Origin: Lama glama
Taxonomy: Eukaryota
Length of the DNA stretch: 64,000 bases
Direction: 5' to 3'
NCBI GenBank assembly: GCA_028534125.1
Contig: CM052816.1
Location: forward strand, 52,640,001 to 52,704,000
Both the position numbers and the translations under genes were made by a program. Of this stretch, positions 24,855 through 38,058 are shown one piece after another (positions within the stretch are counted from its first letter, which is position 1; each line of letters starts with the position of its first letter). Below the pieces are notes generated by a model that saw only the letters and a program-made list of their open reading frames with translations, was not told where the DNA came from and searched no databases.

Positions 24855-25490
24855 AGAACCTGGGTATAAATTCCAGGCCCATTATTTCTAATGATATTAA
24901 AATTTTTTTCTTTTTTATTGAAGTAGAGTTGATTTACAATGTTGTGTTAGTTTCTGGTGTACAGCAAAGTGATTCAATTTTACATATATATATTCTTTTT
25001 CAGATTCTTTTTTCATTAGAGGTTACTACAAGATACTGAATGTATTTCCCTGTGCTATACAGTAGGTCCTTATTGTTTATCTATTTTATATGTAGGAGTG
25101 TGTATATGTTACTCCCAAACTCCTAATTTATCTCTCCCCTGCTTTCTCCTTTGGTAACTGAAAGTTTGTTTTCTATGTGTCTGAGTCTCCTTCTGTTTTG
25201 TAGATAAGTTCATTTGTATCCTTTTTTTATATTCCACATATGAGTGATATCATATGATACCACTTGTCTTTCTCTGACTTACTTCTCTTAGTATGATAAT
25301 CTCTAGGTCCATCCATGTTGCTGCAAATGCAGGCCTATTAGTTTTTAGCTGTCAAGTTCATGGGCAAATTGCATGATCTCTTTTCATTTTATGCAAATGG
25401 CATAACAGTTTTACCAAGTATGCCCAGCAAATTACCTACCATATAGTGAGGACCAAATACACGAGAGCTGCTACTGTGATTGTTGTTGTT
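24855..25490 (+). mobile_element. MIR split by an L1 insertion
   Basis: 'acctgggtataaattccaggc' left of the L1, and 'agctgt...gggcaaattgc...catatagtgagg' right of it. Confidence 0.5.
24890..25329 (-). mobile_element. Cetartiodactyl-type L1 3' end (~440 bp)
   Basis: 'ttattgaagtagagttgatttacaatgttgtgttagtttctggtgtacagc...ccatgttgctgcaaatg'; degenerate TSD caggcccatta / caggcctatta. Confidence 0.92.
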
Positions 25491-27803
25491 ACGATTACTG
25501 TCACTGTCATCTGATTCCTTGATTTCACTAGTGAAAAACCAGAGCAGGAACCTCCAGAGTTTTAGCCTCTCTTTGAGTTCTTCCCTTTAAGAGGCTGCAG
25601 TTGGCTAGCTACGTGAAGAGAGCATATAATCAAATGTCCAGTGGTTGATGTCTGGGAGACCCCAGACTCACTCTGTCCTCATTAAAATCACACACTTGGG
25701 TCATCACAATTCTCTGGGTGTACTGGGGCTGAGTCTGCAAAAATGATGGCATTTGCTGAACCTAAGCCGTGAACAGCTGTGCTGGGCTAGAAATAGTTTC
25801 CCAAACGCTGACTTTCTTTGCCAAGTCAAAGGCACAGCTCACAGAACCACAGAAGCAGCTAATAGGAGAGGTGTCTCTTTTTCAGGGTGACACCCAGCAA
25901 TCTTTCACCTTCAGAGAAAGAGAAATGGCCAATTTCTAGAGTACAGTCGTTGGCCTGTTTTGGTACCACGACACAAGAAGAGATTCAGGGGGAAAGAGAA
26001 GCCTCAGTAATTTATTAAGGGGAAGCAGGTTCATTAAATCAAAATCCCAGCAGGAACTAAAAGATAGAGAACTTCCAAGGCTTCTGGCTCCCACATCCTC
26101 TGTCGCCTGTTGTCAAGAGCATTTGTGGACTACGTAGCCAAGTCTATGTCCCCAAAACCCAAGCCAGCGAAAGAAAGCAATGAATTTGGTGGAAAAGTCA
26201 TAAAAATAAAGACATCCTAATAAAGCAGTTGGACTAGTCTCACTGCATTTTGACCAGGAAAGGGAGCTATGGAAACATTCTGTCACCATCAGTGATCTCC
26301 TTGCCATGAAGTCATAAATCACAGAATGCTGGTGTAGGAAGGACTTCAGAGGTAGAGCACAGTCGCTCGCCTGTGCCCAGAGGCTTAAACCTACTGTGAG
26401 GCAGCTTCAGAGCTAGACTCACTCTCAGCCAGGGCCCTTTCCACCAGCCAGGCAGCTGTCCCAGAGATGGCAAGGGCACACATTTTCGGAAAGTACTCCA
26501 AGCTCGGTAATGAAGAGGTGCCACTTCAACACTAACTCATACTTGCAGCTGGAGATCAGGGACAAGAATAACTCTGCATGATGAATCTGAAGGAACCAGG
26601 AGGCCAGCAAGAACACAGTCTGCCTCTAACTTCTGATCGGATTGTGCGCCAAGTTCATTTTCAAGCCATCTGTTTGGACACCACAATATACTTCCAGATA
26701 GAAACAATGGTATAAATGGTTACATTCACAGGTCCATCTAGAGAAGCTTATTTAATATATAACTTTACCTGGAGCACCTGACTATTCCTGATACTCCAAC
26801 TGTAATGAGCCACTATTTGTGTCTGTTTCATTAACAGAAAAACAAAGTCCAGGCTCCAGCTTGGAAGGCAGCAACAGAGCTCCCGTTTTCCTCTAGTGGG
26901 AGTGGTTTCCCTTGCAGTTGCCTGAGACTCCAGGCTCTTGGGGTCAAGGAAAGAGGCAGGAACTCTTCCCCAGGCTCTGGGGACTTGCTCTTCCTCTGCT
27001 GGCTCTTAAACCTGACCCTTGGAGGGTGCTGGTCACCAGCAAACGTCTCACTGGTCTAAGGTGAAATATAATGTTGAAGTTCTAGGGCAAAAAGTTTCTC
27101 ACAAAGCAAAGTGTATTCACCTTAAAGTACCACTTTATTCTTGAGATGACCCTTCTCAATTTAGGGTGTTGAATTGTCTTTTTAGAAATGATTGGAGTCA
27201 ATGGTACTTGTTTTCTTAATATTCTTTCTTGGAAAAAATAACAGGGCAATCCTATGTTGTTGGTCGCCAGAACTGCATTCCAAAATTTGGAGAACTCCAG
27301 TTCTGAGAAGCACTGCTCACTGCCTCCCATTACTCGGGTCTGTTGGGGAAGGTTTTGGCTGTAGTGTCCATCCCTCGGGGCTCTGGGAGGGGTGAGCCAA
27401 GGTGAAGTGAGGGAGAGATGGAATAGGAGGGGTCCCTCATCCTTTTCTATTGGTGCATGGGACCATATGGCTCCTCACGAGTTAAATGCCCCAAAAGAGG
27501 GTCTGATTGGGATTAACTGTCTCTAACGGTTTAAAAGACAAATTCTGGGTGAGCCAAGGGTACCTTTCTTAAACTTTATTAACTGAGACTAATTCGAAAC
27601 CTATGATACTTCAGGTAGAGGCTATGCATCCAGTTAGGAGCTCCTCCCTCAAGAGCATGGATGGAGAGGGGAGATGACTAAGTAGATTAAAGTACACATC
27701 TACGAGGAAACATTCAATGTACCTAGGACTGTGAGCTCTAGAATAGGGTTAAAATATCCATTTGCATGCAAGTATTAATTAAAAATATATTAGCAACTAT
27801 TTT

Positions 27804-27854
27804 TTATTTTATTTATTTTTTAATTGGGTTATATTCAGTTTACAATGCTGTGTC
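27804..27854 (-). mobile_element. Extremely 5'-truncated L1 (~50 bp) with 16-bp TSD
   Basis: T-tail plus 'aattgggttatattcagtttacaatgctgtgtc'; TSD tattagcaactatttt 27788-27803 / tattatcaactatttt 27855-27870. Confidence 0.8.
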
Positions 27855-28436
27855 TATTATCAACTATTTTGAGATAAATTTGGGAAGATCTTGTTAAGTA
27901 CTCTTTCGTGCACTCTCCTCTTGGAAGAAAAGCAAAACAAAGTAAAAAGCAAAACCATATTCACATCCTGTTGGTCTCCTTTCTGTGCTCTTGGAAATCA
28001 CTCCTAAACGGCCCCTTATTTCTCTTCTCTCTTCTCCCATGGATGCTGCCTTAATTCAGGCTCGCATCACCTCCTGCCCAGAGCCTGATTGTCAGACTTC
28101 CTTTTAAAAAATCACAGAATATTTTCTCAGACAAAATCTATATACAAATCCAGTTTCTAAAAAACAGGAAGCTGCTTCACTTGGAGCAGGGGTGAGGGCT
28201 GGCTCCCTGCAGCCTCACCCCTGCTCCATCATTCATTCATGCAATATAGATATTAATTGAAAACCACTGGCCCAGTCTACCAATTTCATTTCCTGATGGG
28301 GCTTCCTGGCTCTAGTCACTACCAGGTCCTGTCCATCCCGGTAGTAGAAATCGTTTTCTAATCTTATCACTACCCTTTTCGGAAACTTTCAATTGTGTCC
28401 TTACTGTGTGTGAGGCCTTGAACCTATGGTATCCGC

Positions 28437-28970
28437 TGTATCTGAGCCTTTACCGAGAAAAAAGCACCAGATAGAAGCTGAAAGTTGGTTTCATTAAAGG
28501 CTCAGTGAGACATAGGGGTACACGTGGAGGTACTTCGGTGCAGGCAGCAGAGTGAGACACACAGTCGGGGAGCAGGCTCACCACCTGGTCCCAGGAGGAA
28601 CCAGCACCGCTGGGTCCCGGGCAGGCCTGGGCTGGGTGTGTAGGAATATGCATCCCCCCCCCCCCCCCCCCGGCAGACTCAGCAGGGGACCACTGATGCC
28701 CAGTGGCCCCAGGGGAATGTGTGTGAGTGGGTGTGCCCACAGCAGAGGGGGCTCGATTCCTGGCTGACGTAGTGGTTGCACCAGTGGTAGAAGAAGTCTT
28801 GTTTGGGAGCACGAGGGAGCCGCCTCCAGGGAACACCGGTGCTGTTTGTGGGCCACTCACTCGGAGCGAGTCAGGAACGGACAGAGCCTGTGTAACCCCA
28901 GTTAGTCCTGTTACTTTAAAACTTTTATCCTTCTGTTCTGATGAGCTCTGAGGTTGTCGCGGGTCATACA
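28437..28970 (-). mobile_element. Probable solo LTR, family unassigned
   Basis: TGTAT...ATACA inverted termini, 534 bp, GC-rich; AATGAA variant ~55 nt before the minus-strand end; no TSD, PBS or PPT seen. Confidence 0.45.
28654..28671. repeat. C18 homopolymer
   Basis: Read directly from the sequence. Confidence 0.95.
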
Positions 28971-29829
28971 AGCTTTGGGGACACAGTTCCTGAGAAAGAC
29001 AGTTGATGAGAAATAGTTGCAGGGCTAAAACGTATCCTTCCACTGCCCGTTCTGAGAACGGAATTGCTGTCAAACAGAAGATGTTCTGCACTGGGGACAT
29101 GTTGATGAGAGCAGCTAATTACAGAATCCGATCTGACACAGAGAACTGGAGCCCTGGGCCTGTCACAGTCTCCCCAGGGCCTCTGTTGTGGTGTCTGCAG
29201 ATTTGTGCTTTGTAGGCAGTCTGCTTCCTCACTTGGTTTGCAGCCAGGGAATGGGGTGAAGATGAACGGATCATCTGACAGTGGTGACTTCTGGAATGGA
29301 ATATGGTTTGGGGCTCCTTGGGGGTGACCTATGTTTAGACCTTGTGGGCCTGAGTCGGGTGTGGCCCGCAGCATCTGCCATGTCACCCAGCTCCGAGCTG
29401 TTTGCCCTCTGAGACAATGATGGCTTCAGAGCACCCTGGATGGGTCAGAGCAGAACTAGCATTGCCGTAACTGGGAGACAGGCCTGCAGTTTAACCCGCT
29501 GCTCCTCAGGGTCCTTCCCTGACTTTAGAACCAAGGTGATCAGGGACTCCCAGCTGCCCAGGGGGCGTGCCCTGGCTTCCTCCTTCAGTTTGTTGCAGGC
29601 AGAAGTTCCGTTCCTCCCAGGTCTGCTTGTGGAACCCCGATGGCCAGCCATCTGTTCTCAGTGTTTTCCCAGGTTGCAAACTTACTGCAGGGAAGATGGA
29701 GTGTTTTACAAACTCTGCAGCTATTAGCTTCCCTGCTGATCACGCTTCGGGGTAGTGGGGTGCTTTTCTGACGGTAAACTCTCTTTAAGCTTGAGTCACT
29801 GAAAATGTACACTATCAGCAATGTTGGGA

Positions 29830-30140
29830 GGAAGCAAATTCCAGCTGACCCAGCAGAGAGGGCTCTGGAAATCTCTTGGCCTCTGATCTGTGTTCCTGTT
29901 GTCTAAGTCTCCTTTCACGAGGAAAGATTTTAACTTTCAGGAAGGATGTTCTGGAAATAATATTCATGACCAACGGGCCTGCCCAGATCACAAGCCCATC
30001 CCTACCCTGACCCCCGCCCTGGGCTCGCTGACTGACATTTCTTCCAAGCCACACGCTATAGGGAAAAGGCAGCTCCTTAAAGAAAATGTGGTGGTGATGA
30101 CCCCAAGAAAGGAAAATGGATGGCGACTGGCCACAGGTAC
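29830..30140 (-). mobile_element. MLT1J/K-like MaLR LTR fragment
   Basis: 'gcagctccttaaagaaaatgtggtggtgatgaccccaagaaaggaaaatggatgg' resembles an antisense MLT1J/K start. Confidence 0.55.
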
Positions 30141-31644
30141 TTTGCAAGTTCAGGACTTCCATGGAGCTCTAAAATTCAACAACCCTGGCATGCGGTAGGG
30201 CATGGGTCATGGGTGGAACCTTAGAAATGTGGGACCATAGACCGTTCCTTCTCTCCAGAGGGAAGAGGGGTGGTGGGTAGTGAGGGGAAGGTAGGGGTGG
30301 GTAGAGGGGCCTCAGGAGGAATGGCCATGCTGGAGGGGTGGTTCTGGGAGCTCTTCCTTGCCTTTCTTGAGGACACCTTTCTTTAATCAAGGGCTGCAGC
30401 TCCCCCAGAGGCATTGTGAAATTGCTGCCAGATCCTTCTTCCGAGATCAGAGGATTAGAAGTAATTCCCACAAAGTTTCCTTGGAGTCCATGCATCTGAC
30501 AGCTCAGACTAGGCTTAATGGGGAAAGGTGGCCAAGGAGCTAAAATTTTCAGAGGACTCTGGGGAGGATCCCCCAGAAAATGTTTTCAAATTCTGGACAA
30601 TGAACGTTTTTGTTTTTGTTTTTGTTTTTTAATGACTAAAATTGGAGCCTATGACATATCGGCAAATGGAAGCTGAGTTCTTGTGAGGACAACCATAAAA
30701 TCAGAAATTATTCAGAGTAAAGGCAAGAACCATTGTAGGTTTCCACAGAAGCTTCAAGCCCAGGACTGAAAGGCAGGTTCTGGTGCCAGGCATGGCTGGG
30801 GACATGGGGAAGGCCATTCTAATCATGACACATCACTCGATCCAGGGCTACAGTTCCCAGGTCAGGAGGCAGGGCAGCATCATAACCTGAGTCCCACCAG
30901 ACTGTTTCTGACGGAGCCTCTGAGGGCTACAGATGGTGCAGCATGGCTCAAACCTAAATGCAGACTCAAGAGAAGGCATGAGTTGGGAAATATGGGCAAG
31001 AGGGCACATGGTTGGTGGTGACTCCAAGTACAGCTAAAACGGAGGGGGGCAAGGATTGGATGGAGGAGTTCCAGTGTGTCCACCCTTGGCCACCCCTACT
31101 CACCAGAGGAGCTAAACGTGAAGCTGCCATGTGACATTATCAGAGCAGAAAAGGCTCCATTTGCAAATTCTCATCAGGAAAGAGGTAGATCTCTGCTCTC
31201 AGCTGATAAACATTAATCCACATCTTTGTCTAGCAAGCAATCCAACTTGGTCTACAGATATGACAATTTGACCTAATACCTACAAATGGACTTTGGCTGC
31301 CTAAGACCAGTCATGATGAAGAGAGAGAATAAAACAGGTGGGGCTTGATATTTGATTCAGAGGAGAGAAGCAGAAGGAAGCCAGAAGGTTGGGTTAATGT
31401 GGAAAGAGTGAATACACCTTGCATGTGGAAGAGCTTGGCCGGCAGAGAGCAAGCACCCCATACTCTTAGTGGTACTCCTACAAGAACTCTGCCAAGTAAG
31501 TATATTCCTGGGAAAGCATTTTGCCAAGTGGTAGGCTGATTGGAAGCCTTTTTTTTTTTCCTTTCTTTTTTCTGCTGGTATGTGTGTAGTTAACATTCAC
31601 TGTGTCATTCCATCCGTATTAGAGTCAATCTGTTTCGCATCTAT

Positions 31645-31770
31645 CTGGGCCATGACATTGCATGCTCCTTGAGGTTAAGGATGGCGTCTCATTCATCTTG
31701 GCATCCCAGAATCTGGCACAATCCTTCACATGTCATCAGACCTCAGTCATTGCGGTTGTGTTGAATGGAA
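31645..31770 (+). mobile_element. L2 3' end
   Basis: 'gctccttgaggttaaggatggcgtctcattcatcttggcatcccagaatctggcaca'. Confidence 0.65.
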
Positions 31771-32569
31771 AGCAGCATGGATGGGGATACTTGCAAAAGT
31801 ATCCTCATGCTAATTACAGCCAGCTCCTTACCCAGTTCCCCAGTCATCAGGTCCTCAGAAGTGTGGCTCTTCCTGAACGCACTCACTTGGATCTGTGACC
31901 CTCTGGGTGGTTTGCTGTCCTTCTGAGGAGGAGGGAGAGGTGCCTGCCCTAAGGATAGGCTAGACAGGCCGCTTCAGTGCCTGCTGCGATCCTGAACATC
32001 CCAGCAACTGCCCATCTTCCTCCTAAGCTACTGCACACATTTATCTTTTGTTGACAAGCATCAAGCCAAGAAAGGCTTAGGAGTTACCAATGGGAATAAA
32101 GCAAAACGCTTTCTTATCCAAGCATTTCCAACGCAGCTGCCTTTGTTCTATTATTGGTCATCACCTTGGGGATGGCTTTGAGGACAGGGAGCCCTGGGCT
32201 CTTAACCTTCTGGGAAACAATGTCTACAGGGATTTTTCAGGTGGTCTTTTGCTGACTAGCAATATGTGCTGGACATGTTAATGGGGGGTAAAATGTAGTT
32301 TTGAGAAATAGGTATTTCTTCTTTTTTTAAAGAAAGAAATAGTGTTTATCCTTGTCCAGAAGATGCTCATACCCATTCCACTTTCATCACCATCCCTGTG
32401 AATTTTCAGGCCGCTCCTTTCTCCATGGGGCCTAATTTAAGGATGTGAATGAAAACACCTGCACCCCAACCTGGGCGAGTTCCTAGGGCTGTGCAGGGTG
32501 AGAGGCATTAGCTGATGGGCACTGTTGTGCTTGGATGCTGAGGGAGTGCAGTCGAGGGAAGTGTGTACG

Positions 32570-32712
32570 CCCAAATAGTCACGGTGGTTATCTCCAGGAG
32601 GTGGAATAGCGGGTGATATTTAGTTCTTTCTTATATTTTTCTGTATTAATTGGATTTGGGGGCAATTAGCATGGGCTATTTTATAATCAGAAAAATTAAT
32701 ACAGCCATTTTT
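32570..32712 (+). mobile_element. L1ME-type 3' end
   Basis: 'gtggttatctccaggaggtggaatagcgggtgat...ttttataatcagaaaaa'. Confidence 0.7.
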
Positions 32713-32979
32713 AGGAAGGTCCAGTGAATCAGGGCTCTTGTGTGTTCTCCAAACACAACCTGCTTAAGGCAGCCCACTCTCCATCCTGTTCCTTCTTGCC
32801 CTGCTGCAAGTACTCCCATGTGCACTTATTCCAAGGACCGCCCCAGCTCTACATCTTAAGGCCCACCCATCCACAGACTATCCCCCCAACAAGGCCCCAG
32901 CAATGTCCCCACCCCTTTATGAAGCTCTGTAATGCCCTGGAGCTAAAACTTCCTCATATTCCAGTATCGCTCTCTTCAC

Positions 32980-33965
32980 AATTTTTATAATTGATTTCAG
33001 TATATTTGTATAACTGATTTTGAAATACTCAATCAGTATATGAATTCATTCTCCTTGTAAAGATAAAATTACCCCTGGTCTTCTCCCTCCTTCCCCAGGG
33101 TTAAATTACTATCATCAATTGGTGTGTTTCCTCCCCAGTTTTTCTGTTATGTACATACTTAAATGCAAACATAGATACTATATAGACATGTATTTTTGTT
33201 TGTTTTCCTTTCTATTTTCATAAATAGTGTATTTTAAGGCACTGCAATTTTATTTTTTGCTCAATAATGTATCTTGAAGCTCTATCCATTCAATACCTCT
33301 CTAAGTGCTACAGAGTATTCTAAAGTGTAGCTAGTAATTCCTCAGTCTTGGATATTTAGATTGTTTCCAGCTTTTCATCATTACAAGCAATGACCATCCT
33401 GGGGATGCCCCTGTGCATAAGGATGGTGTATCTTGGGGAGAGTTACTGAGAAGTGAAATTGCTGAGTTAGAGAATATGTGAATTAAAAAAAATTTTTTTT
33501 AGTAGATTCTACCAGATTGCTCTCCAAAGTGGTTGCGTTCATTGTATTTCCAGTGGGATTGTGTGAACATACCTGCTTCCCCACACCCTTGCCAAATCCG
33601 AGTAGCATCAAATATTTTAATTATTGTCAATCTGGTGGGTATGATATATTATTGTTCAAAATTTTCCCTGATTATCAGTGAGATTGAACAGATTTTCTTA
33701 AGTTTATTTGCACTTTCTTGTATATAAATTACTTGTTCACTTAAAAAAAATTTCTTGTTTTTGGAGAGAGGGAAATCTTTTTGGGAGAGGGAGTTTGTAT
33801 GGGCTGTTGATGTGTTCTAGATAATAATCCCTTGTCATTCACATGCGTTGCAAAAATTTTCCCTCAGACTTTGCCTCTTTTTTTTTTATGAATGACTGTC
33901 TTTTGTACAGAAGGTTTTTTTTTTTTTAACAAAGTCAAATTTATCCATCATTTCTCTATGTTTTA
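32980..33965 (-). mobile_element. L1ME-type fragment
   Basis: 'gatatttagattgtttccag', 'agtgaaattgctgagttag', 'ccagattgctctccaaagtggttg', 'ccctgattatcagtgagattgaaca'. Confidence 0.85.
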
Positions 33966-34382
33966 CTTTCTACTGGCTCAATAGTATCTGTGGCTTTGCA
34001 TTATATATTTTATCTTTCTTTTCTCAGCTTCCTTGTGCCTGCTCCACCTCGCAAAGCTTGGCGTGTGTGTGCAGTGAAGACTTGGGAGGACTGTTTGAGC
34101 CCATTGCTGTCCTACTGCACATTCCTTAGCTGTACTGCAACCAACTCTAGGGACTGCAACCAGTTCCTCCCTTCCTAGGGAACTATGAAAAATCAACTCG
34201 TTGGAAAGTAGGCCTTTGGCTGGGGTTGTGGAATCATTTATGGTTGTAGACATTTGTCTTTGTAAGGTCTTGGTTATCTTTAATGCCCACTCCAGAAAAA
34301 TAAATCTTATTAGACAATCAAGCACACATGGAGTCCAGGAGAGAGAAAAACTAGAAAGAAAAGAAAAGCTCTTTCTGTTTCG

Positions 34383-34527
34383 TTCATTCATTCATTCATC
34401 TATTCATTCATTTATTCAGTCAGTCAGTCAACACATATTTATTAAATGCCTGTGATGTGTCAGGTACTTGGCTCTGCATTTGGAACCCAACAAAATATCC
34501 CTGCTCTTGTGGAGCTGACATTCTAGC
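34383..34527 (-). mobile_element. L2 3' end with (TTCA)n tail
   Basis: 'ttcattcattcattc...caacacatatttattaaatgcc...ccctgctcttgtggagctgacattctag'. Confidence 0.85.
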
Positions 34528-35164
34528 TACACGTTTCTCTAACTTGTCACAATGAATGGGTATCAAACCCCCCTTGAAGAGACATTTGGGACCCTCCTCT
34601 GTTCATGTGATGGCAGTTGGAGAGAAATCCCATTGTGCCATAACTGTGTTTCTTTAAATCCTGTGTGATTTAGAGTCTGAACTTGGGGCAGATTTGTGGA
34701 TATCAGAATAAAGGTATCACAAAGTACAGAAACCTCCAGGCTAGTCACTCGAACTGTCTTTAAACGTGTCTCTATATCATTCTGAGCTCTTACACCTATT
34801 GATAAAGTAGAAGCCACATCTATTTTCAACACAAATGCATTGAGCCCGGGGTTCTACTGGGGTCACCAGAACTGCAGTGGGCCAGGCATCTTGTGGCTCA
34901 GCCACCAATCAGTAAGGGACCACACTAATTTTCACCTTTGCCTCTATTTTGGTTTCCTACCACTTCTTTCTTTTCCAAAGGCTTCTGGAATACTCTGAGA
35001 AAAGAGAGAAAATGATTTAAAGAAAAGAACAAGTTTTGTTTTGACTTCAGTTTTCTCTAGCAGTATCTAGACAGAAACTGGTCGTATCTAATAGTAGATA
35101 CTCTGGGGTGCAGCCATGCACAGCAATGCTAAGCAGCAGTTATGGATACAAGACCTCTATATAC

Positions 35165-35465
35165 TGACCCAGGAAGAATTCATGAAAAACACATTCAAAA
35201 GAATAGGTACGGTGCAACTCCATTTGGTAGGAAAAAGAAACACCCCGAGTCAGTGTGTGTGCGTGCACGTGGGCACAGGTGCCTAAGAACCACCTCCAAG
35301 GATAAATGCCAAACTGAAGCACAGTTACTGTTAGGGTTTTCAGGGGTTGGGGAGGAGCAGGTCATGGGGGATATTTTACCTATTGTTGAAAATATTTCCA
35401 TAATATTCGGATGCTTTATTATGAGAATATGCTATTGTATAATTATAAAAAATAAAGATAATTAA
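35165..35465 (+). mobile_element. L1ME-type 3' end
   Basis: Degenerate L1ME 3' motifs ending 'gagaatatgctattgtataattataaaaaataaa'. Confidence 0.5.
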
Positions 35466-35629
35466 AAACATTTTCTGTAGCTTTGGACAGTCACTTATTT
35501 TGGTGATGCCTGGGATCTAGAAACACCTGGCCCCTTGGGTACTGCTGCCCGATCTCAGACCTGTCCATTCTCACACCTTCTGTGATTTCACAGGATATGA
35601 ATAAAAGATTTCTACTATGAGATTAAATT

Positions 35630-36180
35630 AATATTTCGTACTGTTTTATAGTTCACAAAAAGGTATTTCTCTTTTAGTAATATATTGATATTCAATTTTC
35701 ACAATAGTTCAAAGAGGCGAGGTCTTACATCTCCTTTCTGCAGATAAGAAAACAGGCTCTGACAAAAAAACAAAAACAAAGCATAAATACAGGACGGAAA
35801 TACACGCACAGACAGAGAATACAGACTTGTGGTTACCAGGGGGGTGGGGGGTGGGAAGGGATAGACAGGGATTTTAAAATTGTAGAATAGATAAACAAGA
35901 TTACACTATATAGCACAGGGAAATATACACAAAATGTTATGATAACTCACAGAGAAAAAAAATGTGACAATGAGTGTGTATATGTCCATGAATGACTGAA
36001 AAATTGTGAACACTGAAATTTGACACAACATTGTAAAATGATTATAAATCAATAAAAAATGTTCAAAAATAAAAATTAAAACAAATTTAGCCATATTAAA
36101 AAAAAGAAAAAAGAAAACAGGCTCTGAGAGGCGGGATGACTTGCCCAGTGTTGTAGTGGACTTGGGGTCTCTGCCCTGCT
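35630..36180 (-). mobile_element. MIR split by a young L1
   Basis: 'cagataagaaaacaggctctga|gaggcgggatgacttgccc' reconstitutes the antisense MIR core. Confidence 0.7.
35763..36110 (+). mobile_element. Young L1 3' end with perfect 17-bp TSD
   Basis: TSD aagaaaacaggctctga at 35746-35762 and 36111-36127; 3'UTR homologous to 10380-10690. Confidence 0.95.
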
Positions 36181-36854
36181 GATGGTGAAGCACCCTTCCT
36201 TGGAAACAGCAGCCCTGTGTGTCCCATGTTGCTGCCCTGGGGAGCAGGAGCAGAAACCTGACCCGGGCTCAGCCAATCAGATGCCCCAGGAACCTGAACT
36301 TGGGACTGAGAGTCACGATCCACACTGGCAGGACCTACAAGGTGTAAACCCAGGAGGTGTCTGCCTTGCGGGCAGGCACCCCCTCCCCAGGGGGCCCTGT
36401 CTCCTCTGCGCTGTCACCTCCACCACTGCAGTCATGTCTCCATTCACAAACACTGTCATTGAGCCGCAACGCAACTGAGGGCGGCATGGAAGCAGGGGAG
36501 GAAAATTGTTTTACTACAATAACACAGCTGTGGGAGACATGACAGATGTGCTGCATGAATCAGATTTATTTGGCTGTAAACACTCCACAAATTTGGGTGT
36601 GTGATAGGGGATGTACACCTTCATTTCACACAAATAGTAACTCCAGGCTGCATCCCTGCTCCACATCTGGGGGAATCCCAGACAGGCGATTGTCATTATT
36701 TATTGATAATTATCCTCAAATACAGCCGGTGCCTTATGTAAGTTTCATGGGTGTGCCTATGCGGGGGACACAGGTAGGGAAAGAAAGGAAGAAAAGATGC
36801 TGTTTTTCTCTGCTTTCTCCATATTCACCCTTAACAGAAACCTAAAAAGTACAG

Positions 36855-37334
36855 TGTGGTAGGCCAACTGCTTCAATAGTCACAATCCTTCACTCCTGCC
36901 TGTGTCCACAACCTTCACCAGGTAACTTTGCAGAACCTCCCCCCAGCTCCGGTTCTGGGCTGGATTATGTGGTTTGCTTTAGCGAATGGAATGTTGGTAG
37001 ATGTGAGATCAGCTGAGGCTTGAAAAAGCGTCTGAGCCTTTCCACTCTCTTGCTTCTCTGCAGTCACTGTGAGAACATGCCTACACTAGCCAACAGGAAG
37101 ACAGTGAGGGGCAGCAGGGCTGAGTGACCTCAGTCCAAGCCATTCTGGAACAACGTCCAGCTCAGCCCCAGACACATGAGTCAGCTCAGCTGAGACCAGA
37201 ACTGTCCACCTGAGCCCAGCTTACATCACCGACCTGCAGACTCTGAGCTAAAGAAATGCTTACTATTACACGTTTGCTGAGGTTTTGTGCTTGCTTTTTA
37301 TGCGGTATTACTGGGGCAATTGGTAACTGATTCA
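36855..37334 (+). mobile_element. MLT1H-like solo MaLR LTR
   Basis: tgtggtagg...taactgattca termini; 'ttgctttagcgaatggaatgttgg', 'cctgagcccagc'. Confidence 0.85.
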
Positions 37335-38058
37335 TACTACGGAAGGTGTATCTGCATAGGTCACCGTGGTACATTCCTTGGACAATTATCTGGTTAACTT
37401 TTAGAACACTTTAGGTGACCCAAAAGCAATCCCCCTATAAACCTGTCGCCACCATCATTGCTTAAGAAAGAGAAATTGCTAAATCCTCACTTTTCTCTGA
37501 CACTGTGTGTGCAGCAGAAGCCTTCAGCTGTGGCTTTGTGGTTGAGGTCTGTCCACTTCTCTAGAGCTCAGTTAATCTTTTCATAAACTACAGTTTCAAA
37601 GAAGGTCAAATGGCTACCCTCTTACAAAAGAAAGATAAAGATCACACGGCCTTCGGATGAATGAGCTTACAATTATGTGGTGAAAACTGAAGTACTGAAG
37701 TTGATACAAAACTCTCTTGAGGGCATGATCATTGTGAACAGTCCTGTCCGTCATCCCACAGTGACCTGGTAGAGACCAGGCCAATCCCACTAGGCCTGGT
37801 TGTAAACAGAGTGAACCGTGTAGCCTCCTAGAGGGGCAGCTATTGAGAGAAAGGGGAAGGTGGGGGACAACTCTCCCAATATGCACACTGCCATGTCCCC
37901 AGGGCAGGGGTTCCTAACCCAGACTTTACAGTGTCAGCCTAAGGGGGAGGCTGGAGCATGGAAGCATCTCCTGCCCAGAAAGGATCTCCTTGACTCTGTA
38001 ATGCTGCCTCCAAATTGGGAGGAGACCCTGCAAGAGTTAGGACCCAAAAGAAGAGGAT

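Noticed and set aside
28450..29100. 216-aa minus-strand ORF as a protein-coding gene
   Set aside because: No recognisable domain, low-complexity composition, and it overlaps a GC-rich LTR-like unit where stops are naturally rare
29553..29570. CTCF-like CCCAGGGGGCGT
   Set aside because: Only the 3' half matches; the 5' CC(A/G)C positions mismatch
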